From Iphione sp. A-MEVVRFRX5 (lineage: Eukaryota), in assembly GCA_976226885.1 (NCBI GenBank), contig OZ320320.1, positions 42,718,001 through 42,782,000 on the forward strand: a DNA stretch of 64,000 nucleotides. Reading direction: 5' to 3'. Shown one piece after another: positions 26,105-37,761 of this stretch. Each line of letters begins with the position of its first letter. Position 1 is the stretch's first letter. The notes beneath the pieces were generated by a model. That model worked only from the letters and a program-made list of their open reading frames with translations, did no database searches and was not told the origin of the DNA. The position numbers and the translations under genes are program-made.

Positions 26105-26799
26105 CTGTTAGGTAGAGAGCAAGACTAGGTAATCATCAATCATAACCAATCATTATGTCTTTACATAATAAAATGGGAGAATGCTCATCTTTAACCTTCT
26201 TGAATATTGCCACTACAGCATTAAATATGATATACTAGGTGAATTACTTGAATCGCTTTCAATGAGTAGGTTACATTAACTCCCCAGTGAATTATGAACT
26301 TGACTTTATGATATTAGATGGAGAAATAGGAATTCTACTGAGACAGGTTGCAGAGCAATGACCTACATTTGTATTCAATACTCGAAGCTTTTGATGTACA
26401 GAGAACTGTGCAGAGGCACACAAACGGAACAGATCAGATGAAGAGCTAGCTAAGGACAATTAACCACCACTGCTCCACATACTCAAAAGGGCAATGTCAT
26501 AGTTCATTGGTAAGTTCATACATAACCTACGACCTTTATTAATTCATACATCAACACCAGGTGGGAACCTGACACTTAAAAGCAACATGCCCATTAAAGT
26601 CAGCAGGGCATCAACTACATGCTGCCCTTCAAATTAAACAACTTGAAGGTGTAAGTATCACTCTACAAGTCCCTTTTCATAGTTTCATGAGTGGCATACC
26701 CAAGTTGGACGGTTAAGAGATAGACTAGCTGAACATAGTTAAGCTAGAAGTCCAAAATTAAGCATATACTGATGCTGTCAACCTCAATGTCACTGTATC

Positions 26800-27560
26800 C
26801 ACCACAGCTCAAATCCACGGCTGAAAACTAGCTTTCTGTGCTGATGCCGGACAGCTGTTTAAAGAAAAAAAAATGCCTTAGAGATGCATAACCTCTTTTG
26901 TCTGCCTTGCTTAGGTGGCAACAGAGACTGCAGAATGAAGATGCCTAAAGGACGAAAAAGGTGATCCTCTTGATGAGAAAGAGACTCAAGAGCCAAAGTC
27001 CAATTGATATACTCTTGAGGACCAGAAATGACATACCGGTACTGTAATGGCCACTATGTGGCTGACTCGTGCCGCCTCCGGCACGAGGTATGTTGATTCC
27101 ATAAGCCCTTCTGGACAGTTCAGTTGACACCATTACCTCGTATTGCATGTTTCAGTAATAAACCTAGTTCATCTTCTTGAGTTTTGTCTCTTTTACGAAG
27201 CGGGCGCTACTATACAATTGGGCTTCTGAGGGAAAGGTAGTAGTTTAACTTGGAATGCTTAAGGGTTTTCATGAAGACAACCTGAATAGAACCATATCCT
27301 CAAGATCATGGATGTTGGAGATCTCTATATTATGGGTAGTCTGAATCCAACTACTGGTGGCCAACATAGAAACAATATACTTGAACATCAGTTTCTTGAG
27401 GGTTAAAGCCTGTAAACAATGTCAAGGCCCTGAGAATGTCCGCACTAGAGAGAAATCCTAAATACGGTAAACTCTGCCTGAGAAGCCTGAAAGTGTGAGG
27501 ATGCTTCCTAAAGGCTGAACCTTCATAACAGGACAGTTGGCAGATGAGGAGATTACAGCT
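26800..27560 (-). mobile_element. Third DIRS relic (tyrosine recombinase fragment) in intron 9
   Basis: Minus-strand frames give FRKHPHTFRLL, LTLKKL...NIEISNIHDL, VSVAT*ARQTKEVM and LSGISTE, collinear with the recombinase at 40430-41340. Confidence 0.65.
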
Positions 27561-28995
27561 TCTGTTGAATTTTTATAGAATATTCATAGAAAAAAAGCAA
27601 ACACCATGTGTCAACAAAGCCCCAGGGCCCCTCTGCAATGCCGAAAGCCATAACAAAGTGAATAGATACAGTAGAGGAAAGTACGAAAATACATGAGAGA
27701 AATGAATGTGGTGTGAGCTGTCAAGACATCATCGGACAACTGAAAGTAGGTGTGGGCCATAACTGTGTGCTGCGGGCTGCCCAAGGCTGCCACCTGGTGC
27801 TCAAGGTATGAATTACAGTCTGATTTTTTCTCATCTATGGACCTGAACCCTGTAAGGGCGGCTAATGGCTGAAATCATTCCTAGGCTAGTGGGGAGGGGG
27901 GGCCGTGATTGCTGAAAGCATTCCCAGGCTAAGGCGGTTAATACTTCAAGATGTATCTCAAAGACTGATCTGACATGTCATTTCAACTGGAAAGATCCAC
28001 AATATATGAGCGATTATTGTTTTAATAACTCCATATCATTAATATTTTACACAAAAATATCCTGAAACGCAAGTCCTACGTTTACCTTGCCACAGCTATG
28101 GGTTACACTTCTGACAGATTCAACGTAATTACACACTTCTATGCTACGAATCCAACCTAAATATGCACATCAATTCCATGTATGATGCAAAGAGTAATAT
28201 TTGAAAGGTCTCTGAAAATTAAACTCCTCATTAAGTACTTTTTTGAAGACAGTAGAAAAGTTTTATGAAACCAAGCTAGGAATTCACCAATCTTTGGTCT
28301 TTCCGCTATTGAGTCGCACGAAGCATGGTACATGAAGGTACATTGCTGGTTACTGAAGAACTTGGCCTTAATCAAGGGTTGGTTCCACTGTCCCCTAAGT
28401 GGGTTGGCTTCAATGTATTAAAGATTATGTTTTAAAAATTGTCCTATTTTTTAATATTTTTAAAAATCAAAACTTTGTTGCCAAAGTGAAGCATAGAATT
28501 GGCAGTCTGAAGTGATTTCAGCTGCTTCAATGAAGCTGTGATTTTTTTTAATTCATTCTTTTTATTCAGTTGAACAGATACACAACATCAGCCAAGTAGG
28601 CTAGCTTTTAGTTGATTACCAGTGACTTTGTTACATAGAGCAGCAATATTAATCAGATGACATAAGATATTATGAGAGTTTATCATGACTACTACGAAAG
28701 ATATCAATCCAACCTGCTAGGGATGGGTGCATACAGATATAGTAACACTCCTTAATTGGACCACTGGACTCAGATCCATACTGTGTGTCAAATTAATGCA
28801 TGTCTTTGGCTATTTAAAAATTAATAGATTACACAAACCTACTCCTGAAATATTATCTTGACTTTGTAAGGCTGTTGCAGACAGGTGTCTAGCTGAGATA
28901 TAGGTGTAGGTGGTTTCACTGCAGATAGTCCATTCAGTAATTATTTTCCAAAGCAGAGTAGAGTAGATCCATAGAATGTGAAGAAAAAGATTCAG

Positions 28996-29079
28996 TGACA
29001 GTTTGCTTGGGGAATATGCGTGGTAAACTGCGTGGTAAACAGAACAGTTTACCACGCATACTCCCCAAGCAAACTGTCA
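28996..29079. repeat. 35-bp inverted repeat (1 mismatch) with a 14-nt loop
   Basis: Arms at 28996-29030 and 29045-29079. Confidence 0.9.
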
Positions 29080-29188
29080 GAAATGTGAAGTTCCATATCA
29101 AAACAGCCCAGGTAATATTGAGCTGCACATATTACGTTTGAGTTATATTTAGGAGTCACTGATGTATGGAAACAAAACCAAGACCCAC

Positions 29189-29313
29189 CTCAGGTGCCTC
29201 ACCAACGATGCACTTGCCATCAGGAGTAAAACTTTCAGGGCCATTCAGCAACTGTCGCACTTCAGCATGCTCTAGTGCTGGCACACGGTGCAGCAGTTGA
29301 TCAAGTAAGATGT
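29189..29313 (-). CDS. PDPR: PDPR exon 9
   Basis: ctttcag|AC ... GAG|gtgggt; 125 nt; ILLDQLLHRVPALEHAEVRQLLNGPESFTPDGKCIVGEAPE. Confidence 0.93.
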
Positions 29314-29901
29314 CTGAAAGCGAGAGGACAGGCTGGCTGTGATTCGTAACAACTCACAATATTCTAGACAATATTATTAGACTTTGAACCACAATAAACA
29401 CAGCCAAAAACACTATGTGTAAGGTTAGTTATTACCGATGTGATCACACTTAAAGGATCTTTAACACTGCCTGATGCCAACACGAAAATCGAAAATTTCC
29501 CCAGTCACCATTATTGCTATGCATTGTAGTGTTCATTACATATGGACACACTACTCCATGAAGATGAACACGCTGTGACTTTTCTTCTAATGTAACTCTT
29601 CGAAATCTATAATATTTCAGATATAGCTGCTGTTTCATCTTCAGATATAGCTGCTGTTTCATCAGCACTAGCAATCAGCAAATATTTCTTGATTAAGAGC
29701 GAGAAATCCTAGTCTTTACCTTTAACTGTTGTAAGTATAGGAATTTTTCTTTTCAATTCTCGCAGAACAAATTGAATTTGACTTTGTTGCGATGGTGGTG
29801 AAGCCAAGCTAAGCTTCTTCTTACATACGTTTTTCATGACCCCATTCCTGCCATGGCCCCAAGTTTACTGTAATGGCTGTATTCGGTGGAAACCACCTTA
29901 C

Positions 29902-30054
29902 GGAAATGATCCCAGTCTTCAGGTAATAGTTGGAACTCGAACTTGTCTGGAATCCCATTATGGAAGACAGGCTTGCCCTTGGGTTCAAACCCGCCACCAA
30001 GGAGTCCACCACTCCATTCGCGCATGTAGATGTAACCGTCATAGTCACGAACCA
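29902..30054 (-). CDS. PDPR: PDPR exon 8
   Basis: tgacag|TG ... TTC C|gtaagg; 153 nt; VVRDYDGYIYMREWSGGLLGGGFEPKGKPVF...LPEDWDHF. Confidence 0.93.
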
Positions 30055-30226
30055 CTGTCAGTATCGAAAATGCAGAGGTTAAGTGTATTATGGACAACGA
30101 ACTATCTTGACAAAGTCATTGTCAAAATTAGAAATACGTATATTAGTACCGGATAGGAAAATTCAACAGTTTACAGCATTCCCTTTTTCGCACAAGAGAC
30201 TAGAGTAACTACTAATCCTGACATGC

Positions 30227-30341
30227 CTGGGAACATGGGGTCCATATTATCCATGGGTTTGGTGACAATGTAGAAATGTTCGCATGGATGGAGAGGCACT
30301 CGCACCTTCGGCTCGCTCAGCTGGCCTAGCTCTCGAGCCCA
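30227..30341 (-). CDS. PDPR: PDPR exon 7 (GC donor)
   Basis: gttccag|TGG ... CCA G|gcatgt; 115 nt; WARELGQLSEPKVRVPLHPCEHFYIVTKPMDNMDPMFP. Confidence 0.88.
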
Positions 30342-30417
30342 CTGGAACAGAATAGACTACACATCACTCTCTGATAAGATTTCATATTACTGTAGGATGT
30401 ATCATGAGATACACTTG

Positions 30418-30464
30418 ATGAAACTTGCCACTCTTCGTCAGTACCTGCATGACTTTCATCTTCT
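30418..30464 (-). pseudogene. Decayed partial duplicate of PDPR exon 6 inside intron 6
   Basis: 39/47 nt identical to 30566-30612; translates to KMKVMQVLTKSGKFH versus KTKVMRVLTKNGKVH. Confidence 0.8.
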
Positions 30465-30505
30465 TATAGATAGGTACCTTTACATTAGAATGGAGGTCCC
30501 CTTAC

Positions 30506-30627
30506 CATGCCTGCGCAGTTGATGAAATACTTGCACTCTATTAGGCCCCGGTCAGTCTCCACTCCATGAACCTTGCCATTCTTTGTCAGCACCCGCATGA
30601 CCTTAGTCTTCTCGTGAAATCTGACTC
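30506..30627 (-). CDS. PDPR: PDPR exon 6
   Basis: ctaccag|GA ... ATG|gtaagg; 122 nt; GVRFHEKTKVMRVLTKNGKVHGVETDRGLIECKYFINCAGM. Confidence 0.93.
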
Positions 30628-31424
30628 CTGGTAGACGAGGAAAACAAAGATTTAAGATTTACCACTTAATATAATCACAATCGATTAGGTTTATTGCAGT
30701 GGTGTTCGATTTTCCTTATTACACTAGGCTTACCACAATTTCAGACCTGGGTTATTTCGGACCAGGTAATTTTGGACCAGGCATGGTGATTTCGGACCAG
30801 AACAAAGTGCAAGTATTGGCGACTGTAGCACAAAAATTGGTGAATACAGGGTAAAAAGAATATGGAATCTTGAATCCTCTTTTCCAAAATAAAGCTTAAT
30901 TTGGTTTTCTTTGAAGATTGTCACTGAATGCAATCTGAATCGGGCAGTGAAATATTCAAATGATAAAGTACAAGCATTGCAATCAATTAGTAAAAATAAG
31001 TGAAAGACAAATCCTTGGCAGCACCGTTGAGTTCAATAAAAAAAATCGTAAAAAAAAAGTTTTTTCCACATCTGTTTACATGTTGATAAGACATATCTCT
31101 ATATATGGCTCTGTTAGAAAAATATCAAACGAAGCTTATTATAGCAACTAAGAATCTGCGAACTGAGATAGGGATACTCATGTACAGGATTTTCAGCTTT
31201 CACTGACTCGCCACTTTGGCACCTAACTCGTTTAAAGTCTGTGGGTATGAAAAAGACACTTAATGGAATACCGAGGCTCTGTCAGTATATTATGCATCGT
31301 ACGTTTCCTGGGATTTTGTAGTGGAGAGGGAACAAACTATACGGGATTGACTGTATTCTAAACAATTAGATTTGAGAGCCTCAATTAGAGTTTTTTAGCA
31401 AATTGTGTTAGGTTCTTTGGGTAC

Positions 31425-31506
31425 CTTTCTCCTTGGCCCTCTGAGAGATTGCCATTGTTGCATCTGTTGGATTAACAACTCCATCTGTGGGTACGAATAT
31501 TCCTCC
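31425..31506 (-). CDS. PDPR: PDPR exon 5
   Basis: acttttag|GGA ... AAA G|gtaccc; 82 nt; GGIFVPTDGVVNPTDATMAISQRAKEK. Confidence 0.9.
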
Positions 31507-31780
31507 CTAAAAGTAAGAACACATCAGCAAATAAGGAAAACTACTAAAACTTATGAAGGACTCTACTACACTCTCACTACTAACTCCATGCCTGCTAGTG
31601 GCTCCAGATATCGAGGATCTAGGCCAACAGTATTGTAAATCTGGGATGATTTTTTTCATTCCCAAAGACTATATACTGAGGACTGAAAGTTTCTTTTTAT
31701 TTGAGTTCCATATGGATTCTGCTATGCCCACATTTAGGCAGGTTGCCTGGATTCTGGGTACGCGAAAAAATAATAAATAC

Positions 31781-31862
31781 CTCTATGTCTTCCGTGTTTA
31801 ATAGAGGGTACCGGTCGGCAATCTGCCTAGGACTAAGGATTTCTGCTTCCACTCCAAATCGC
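31781..31862 (-). CDS. PDPR: PDPR exon 4
   Basis: actttaaag|G ... GAG|gtattt; 82 nt; RFGVEAEILSPRQIADRYPLLNTEDIE. Confidence 0.9.
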
Positions 31863-32029
31863 CTTTAAAGTAAAAAAAATGAATTCTTTCAATGTGTACA
31901 TCTTAACACTTCATGCGATGTAAGAAAGCTGAAAATTTTTAAATTTTTAGAATTATATAAACTATTTGATAAGTTGAGGGAGGCTATTTAATTGCATAGT
32001 TATCCTAGCTTCCAGCAACAGGTGACTAC

Positions 32030-35000
32030 AACTATGACTCTGGTGAGTCTGCTTCAACGTCCAAGGGGAGCAGGTGATATAGGAGCTCTCATGAGAGTTC
32101 AACAAATCATGATGTTAGTTCTGGTTTCTCCGAGAGCAGCACTACACATAGGTAAACCCAACTGCTATGTGCTGTGAATTTAGTTCTGCTGATTCCCACT
32201 CTGAACATGACATCCTTGACCCACCTAGCTAAAGGAAAGGTACTGACAGATTTGTCAGGTGGGACATATCTGATGAAAAGGTGCATTATCGTGCCCCCTT
32301 ATATTCTTTGTGCAGTCCAGATAAGCTCTGATGTGAGTGACGACACAGAGCATGGGATCCTGGTCTAAGGAGATCAGGATGACTCTGCTTGGTTGTTTGT
32401 TTGCCCTGTTATGTTTGATTGGAGTTGTGAAATTGATTGGCAGTCTGTTTGTTTCTATTCCATGTATGTTATGAAGGTCGATGTTGCAGATCATTTGAGT
32501 CATCCACAAGATGTCAGCAGTAGGAGCTAAATTGTTTTAAGTGTCAGAAGTTTCAGTGATAAGGTGTCGATTGGCAACCAATTGCATAGGAAGTCAAGGA
32601 TAAGTTCCATATCCCAAGTGTACTCTAATCATGCCTGTGGTGATCAAAGATTAAACGTCCCTGCCATGACCCTGGTGGTGAGCTAGTGTTGGCCGAAATG
32701 TATCTTGTGGAACTTTTTGAGGATGTCTGACAAAACACTTCTGGCAGTGTTAAGTGCACTATAGCTCAGTCCCCGATTTAAAAAGGTTGTAAAGGAACAT
32801 GAGTGCCTGTTCAAGTTGTGGTTTTAATAGATTGATGTTATCTTATATGCAATAGGTGAGCCATCTGTTTTGATATAAGACATGCTGTAGCCTTATTGAC
32901 TTCTGACGTGATTGCATCATATATTTTCTAAGAGGGTTCTTTGACAACGATTTGTGTAAGTGACATTTCAGAAGTATGCTGCCAACAGTGGTACTGAGCC
33001 GATGTCTTGCACGTTGGTTTCCTTATAGACATTAACTGGGTTCTGCTGCCCAGTCAGGAATTGTATGGTTGCTTATGGAAGGCTCTGGGCAAGTCGTCCA
33101 TACCACCGTTGTGTTTGCCAGTGATGGAATACCATGATTGCCCTAGTCGGTTAATGCTTGAGCTTCTGGAGTACCCTACAGATAAGAGAGAAGGATGGAA
33201 ATAATTTAAGTTGAATTTGCTCCAGTCAATAGTGAATGCATTGTTGAAAGAGGCATTCAGGTCAGGTCTTCAGCCAGCATAAGTTGGCACTTGTGCTGTC
33301 ACCTTTGATGCAAAGAGCTCAACGTCTGGAAGTCTCCAGGTATCAGGTACGTTTTTTTTAATAGGATAGGGTTTAGCTGCCACTCTGTGTCTGCACTGAA
33401 ATGTCTGGAGAGGAAATCGGCCTCTGTGTTGTCAACACCCGGTATGTAGGATGTGACTAGGGGCTTTTTCGTTGCATAAATGTGGATGGGTGTGAACAGA
33501 TTGTAGGCATTGGCAAGCCACCAGCGCAGGTCTGTGCGGCTGTCTAGAGAGTGTCATAGGCACCTCAGGGTCTTTGCCATGATGGATCAAGACTCAGATC
33601 TTGTCTTTATCCAATGCGTTGTAGTGTCCTAGTCCATACTGGGAGGCTTTGGTCAAGTCAACTAGAGTTTCTGTAAGGGACGCATTGTGCCTAATAGAAA
33701 AGGTGAAGCCCATGAGTATTCCTTCAAGGCTTGGGATGTCATTATCGATTTTTGGTTGAGTGGGAGTGATTGTCATGTTGATTGAGTTCAGTTGGTATCC
33801 AGTGGGATTGGAAAAGATTTCTTCCATTTGATAGCGATTCCTAGTTCTAAGAGGAGTTTTATGGTTCTGTCAATGGAAGCAGAACAAGCTACATGTGAGC
33901 AAACCACCATTAGGAAATTGTCTAGGTATGCCAGCATGTCATGGCATTCTTCCTGTAGAGATGCTAAGACTGGTTTAAGGAGCTTAGTGAAAAGGTGTGG
34001 GGCTGATGTTAGGCCAAAAATGACTAAATAGCAATAGGAACAGGACCGGCATGTGAATGCCAAATACTGTTGAAGTCAGGGTGTACTGTGACCACATGGG
34101 AGGCACTCTGAAGATCTATGGAGGCCATCGAACAGTTTCTATAAAGAGTTAAGGTAACTGATTCAAATGTGTCCATTTTTAAGTGAATAAATGGCATGGA
34201 TAGGTTGAGGATGGACAGGTTTAAACTGATGCAGACAGAGCCGTCAGGTTTGGCATGGGGGAAAATGCATGATTGGTGTGGTAAAGGTGGTTTGTCTGGG
34301 ATGGTGACTTCTTTCTGTTCCTCCACTGTGGCATTAATTTTGGACTGTCCATGTGGGCTAAATTTAAGTGGTCGACGAAAAGGTCTGGTAGGTGGCTGTG
34401 AATTGAAGTCTAAAGTCCAGGACAGTTCGTACACTATCATTGTGCCCTTAATTAAGGCAGACTTTCCAATAAAAAAGATGCTCTTTACCTTTGGAAAGTC
34501 TTTCTCTTAAAGGGCTTTAACAGTTCGGGCCAGATAGGCCCATTCACTGTTGTTAATTGGTGGCTCTCATAGTTCCCAGGTAGTGGGGTAGTGAGTTCTC
34601 TTGTTGTTGACTGCTTTGTCTTTCAATACTCGCAGTTGGTGGTCATTGATGAATTGTATGATATGATCCTGCATAATCTGCACAGAATCCCACCATGGTT
34701 TTGTTCAGTGCTATCATGGCATCGAGTTTGGCCAGCACTTCGTGGTTCACCAAAGTAGTTCTTGGTTTCGCTTGATTGCCTTTGTTGGTATTAGTTTTCG
34801 ACATTCCCTTCTTCTTCAGTGGATGTTCTTCAGGGTGTTCCTGCTTGGGAAGCGGTGACAAAATGATAGAATGAAAATGTTTTGGCAGCCACCAGACTAA
34901 CCATCTCTTGACTTGTAGCAAAGACTATAGGTCATGCAGTTCTTTTCTGCTAGCACACACAACTGTGTAGTATGTCGGAGTCATATGTGAACTAAAAATG

Positions 35001-36060
35001 CACTTTAGGAGTGTTTCCTCTGAAGGGGTTTCGGAGGATAATCTTCAAAAAAAAAAGGCCACCGGTGGCGTGGGGTGGGTAGAACATTCCAGAAATTCCT
35101 CCAAATTGGAGGAAGTGTGCATCAAAGCATACTTAAGAATTTTCTAGAAGCATGGAGGGTGTTATGATGCTATTTTTAAGACTTACTATTGCTAACTTTA
35201 GAGCCAGTCTCTGTATGAAAGGGCCCAGATTTTCTGAATAAAGTTAGTTCTCATCTGGACTTGGAATTGAGCACAACCAATGCATATATTCTGTGTGGAC
35301 ATTCATTATTTTGCGAAAGCCATCTGTTCCGAAGACAAGAGACACGTTACAACTGTTTTATAACAGGGGTGCTCTAGGTCGGGTTCTTACCCATGGCAGG
35401 GTCTGGGAACACTGAGTGGGTTATTAAGCACTCCACCACACACAAGTGCCTATCATGACCATGTATGTGCATCAGTGACAAAAGCACTATTGTGCTCACC
35501 TAAGAATAAGGCTCTCAGCACAAAGGCACAATCTTAGCACAAAGGCCCAATATAGAGCCCACTATGAAAAAAAGTCTGAAAGTGGCTCTGTAGTCACTGA
35601 ATGAGGGGAGAAATTACTGAAGATGCGGGGAAGATGGCTGAATATCAAAATAAGGAAAAAAAACACCTGAAAGTGGCTCCCTCGTCACATAATGAGGTGA
35701 TGATTGTTACCAAGGATGAGGGTCACGAGGAGGAAATATGCTAGATGTGAGCTGTTCATCGAACATGCGGTCAAGCTTTCAGGTAGACGGGAATCATCTG
35801 AATTTAGGTTATGTACAGCATTATAGATAGCATATGTAATAGTGTTTGGGAATTACTCGAGAATTGTTTGAATTTCTGTATGATAGTGTACGCAATAGCA
35901 TATGTAAGAGCATGTTTTGAAAAATATGACAAGGATCACTTAGCTACGTGTTGTGTTGCACTCGGAGAAACCAGAACTGACTGCTCGTGTGGTGCTCTCG
36001 CAAGAGCTCCTATATCACCTGCTGACACCTGGTGGAGAAGCAGCAAGGTGGAGTCATCCT
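32030..36060 (-). mobile_element. Older decayed DIRS element in intron 3, with inverted terminal repeats
   Basis: RT remnants (MASIDLQSA, FGLTSAPHLFTKL, YLDN), RNase H and MT remnants, recombinase (LCVVTHIRAYL, ARWVKDVM, FTAHS). Inverted blocks 35961-35978 / 32117-32134 (18 bp) and 36004-36023 / 32069-32088 (20 bp). Confidence 0.82.
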
Positions 36061-36278
36061 TTTCACCAGAAGAAACATATATTGCGCATATTGGCGACAA
36101 AACCATGGAGGCAATGCAATAGTGAGTAGCACATATGTGTATATATTTATACATATGTGGGGGGGGGGTTTGCAGGGTGTGTGTGTGTTTGTGGACATGT
36201 ACAGACTTTAGCCATGCACATTTACGTATTATATACATCCTGAGACGTGACATAGGTTTTTAAAGCCGCATTACTTAC

Positions 36279-36360
36279 TGTGCTGTGATGAGTTGTCGCT
36301 TGTAAAGGACCAACCGGTCTAGGCTTCGTGCCAGGAACAGTGAGCCACACTGCTTCCACC
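36279..36360 (-). CDS. PDPR: PDPR exon 3
   Basis: gcacag|GG ... CA|gtaagt; 82 nt; GWKQCGSLFLARSLDRLVLYKRQLITA. Confidence 0.92.
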
Positions 36361-37627
36361 CTGTGCAACAAAGATGCAACATGGGTAAGGGAAAACTTGA
36401 GGCAAACACCAAATGCTGCTAGACAAGATTGTTTGACAAATCTGATTAACCTTGACGAGAAATAACTCCATTTCATGCTGTGGTGATTTTATTGGAGCCC
36501 CGTGTTGGCATGGGGGCCAATAGTAATTACAGTATATGGTATAAACTTCAATCTGTTAGAGCGAAAAGAATAGTTAAATGAGGAATTAGAATATCTGCAA
36601 GTTGGTAACTTACTACTATTCATCTACTGTACAAAGATACCGGAAATTGACCAATTACTCAGAAATTGTCAGCAGTTGTGATGGTTGTCGCATGACTCCT
36701 AAAACGTAAGACCTATCAGGCCCTATTAGTCTCATGCTGTAAGACCCACATATATTGTCCAAATCACCTCAGTATAATATGGCTGCTCCATATAATGGCT
36801 GGCTATTGATGGATTAAAGTAAGAATATGGCACAGAATGGCAAGCACTGGAGTAAACCCCAATATCTAAAGAGCGCATCGATACGTGTATTTATCTCTGT
36901 GCTCTCATACTATGGAAGTCTCTTGTCAGAATCTGTACCCAGAGATAATATCTATCGATATGCTTTCGTGTCATACTTTGACTAATAACATTCAGAACAC
37001 AGGAAACTTCATGTTACAGTATACTGACTGGGTCTATCAGCATTACTTAGAAGAAACCATAGATAACCTGAATTATGGTAAATATATCCTGCTCATTCGT
37101 CTTTTCAGCTGCAATCAGTTTATACATTTTTTCTCACAGTATTTCTGCGGCAGTGAAAGTCACAACAGATTATGTTAGTGATCGTAAACCAATGCCATGC
37201 AATCTATGTGTTAACCCAATAAGGCTTTAGGTCAAGAAGGAAGAATGCAATCAAACTCCCTTCACATCAAAATGTAGCCAATGTTGCCAAAAGTTCAGTA
37301 GAGGGAATAACTGGTATTTCACTTAACCATTCTTATCACAGGGATGGATTTTCATTCTAGATGTTTCTACTAAGTTTTTAATTTAGTTATTGTCAGCACC
37401 AAAAATGCAAATTATGTAATCAAAGAGGATTATTTGATGAATTCCAATGCGAATCAACCGGGTCAGGATATGGCAAAGCAGTTCAGAGCCAAAAGGGGGA
37501 ACTGAGATGAATGGAGGTACTGTGCATGCATCAGGGATAGACCTGTAAATGAAAAAACAGATGGTGATACAAGAGAAACAGCAGCCCAGGCAACATGATC
37601 GGTGCGTGAAATCATGCTTGTCTTCAC

Positions 37628-37761
37628 CTGGCCGGTATCCCTCAGTCTCTAGCTGCTTGTATAAATCTTGAGATACACAAACCATCTGGATCTCTTCAGG
37701 TGTCGATCCATCCAGGGAGGACACCGTCCCTACTGAACTCCATGTGCTGCCACTTCCCAAG
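37628..37761 (-). CDS. PDPR: PDPR alternative exon 2B
   Basis: ttttctag|C ... CCA G|gtgaag; 134 nt, phase 2 to 1; (S)LGSGSTWSSVGTVSSLDGSTPEEIQMVCVSQDLYKQLETEGYRP(G); about 19/45 identical to 2A. Confidence 0.82.

Noticed and set aside
27066-27087. Perfect 9-bp GC hairpin CTCGTGCCG-CCTC-CGGCACGAG, and a GGG-containing frame resembling exon 10
   Set aside because: It lies inside the DIRS recombinase relic, has no matching splice sites, and is not followed by a Helitron CTRR end.
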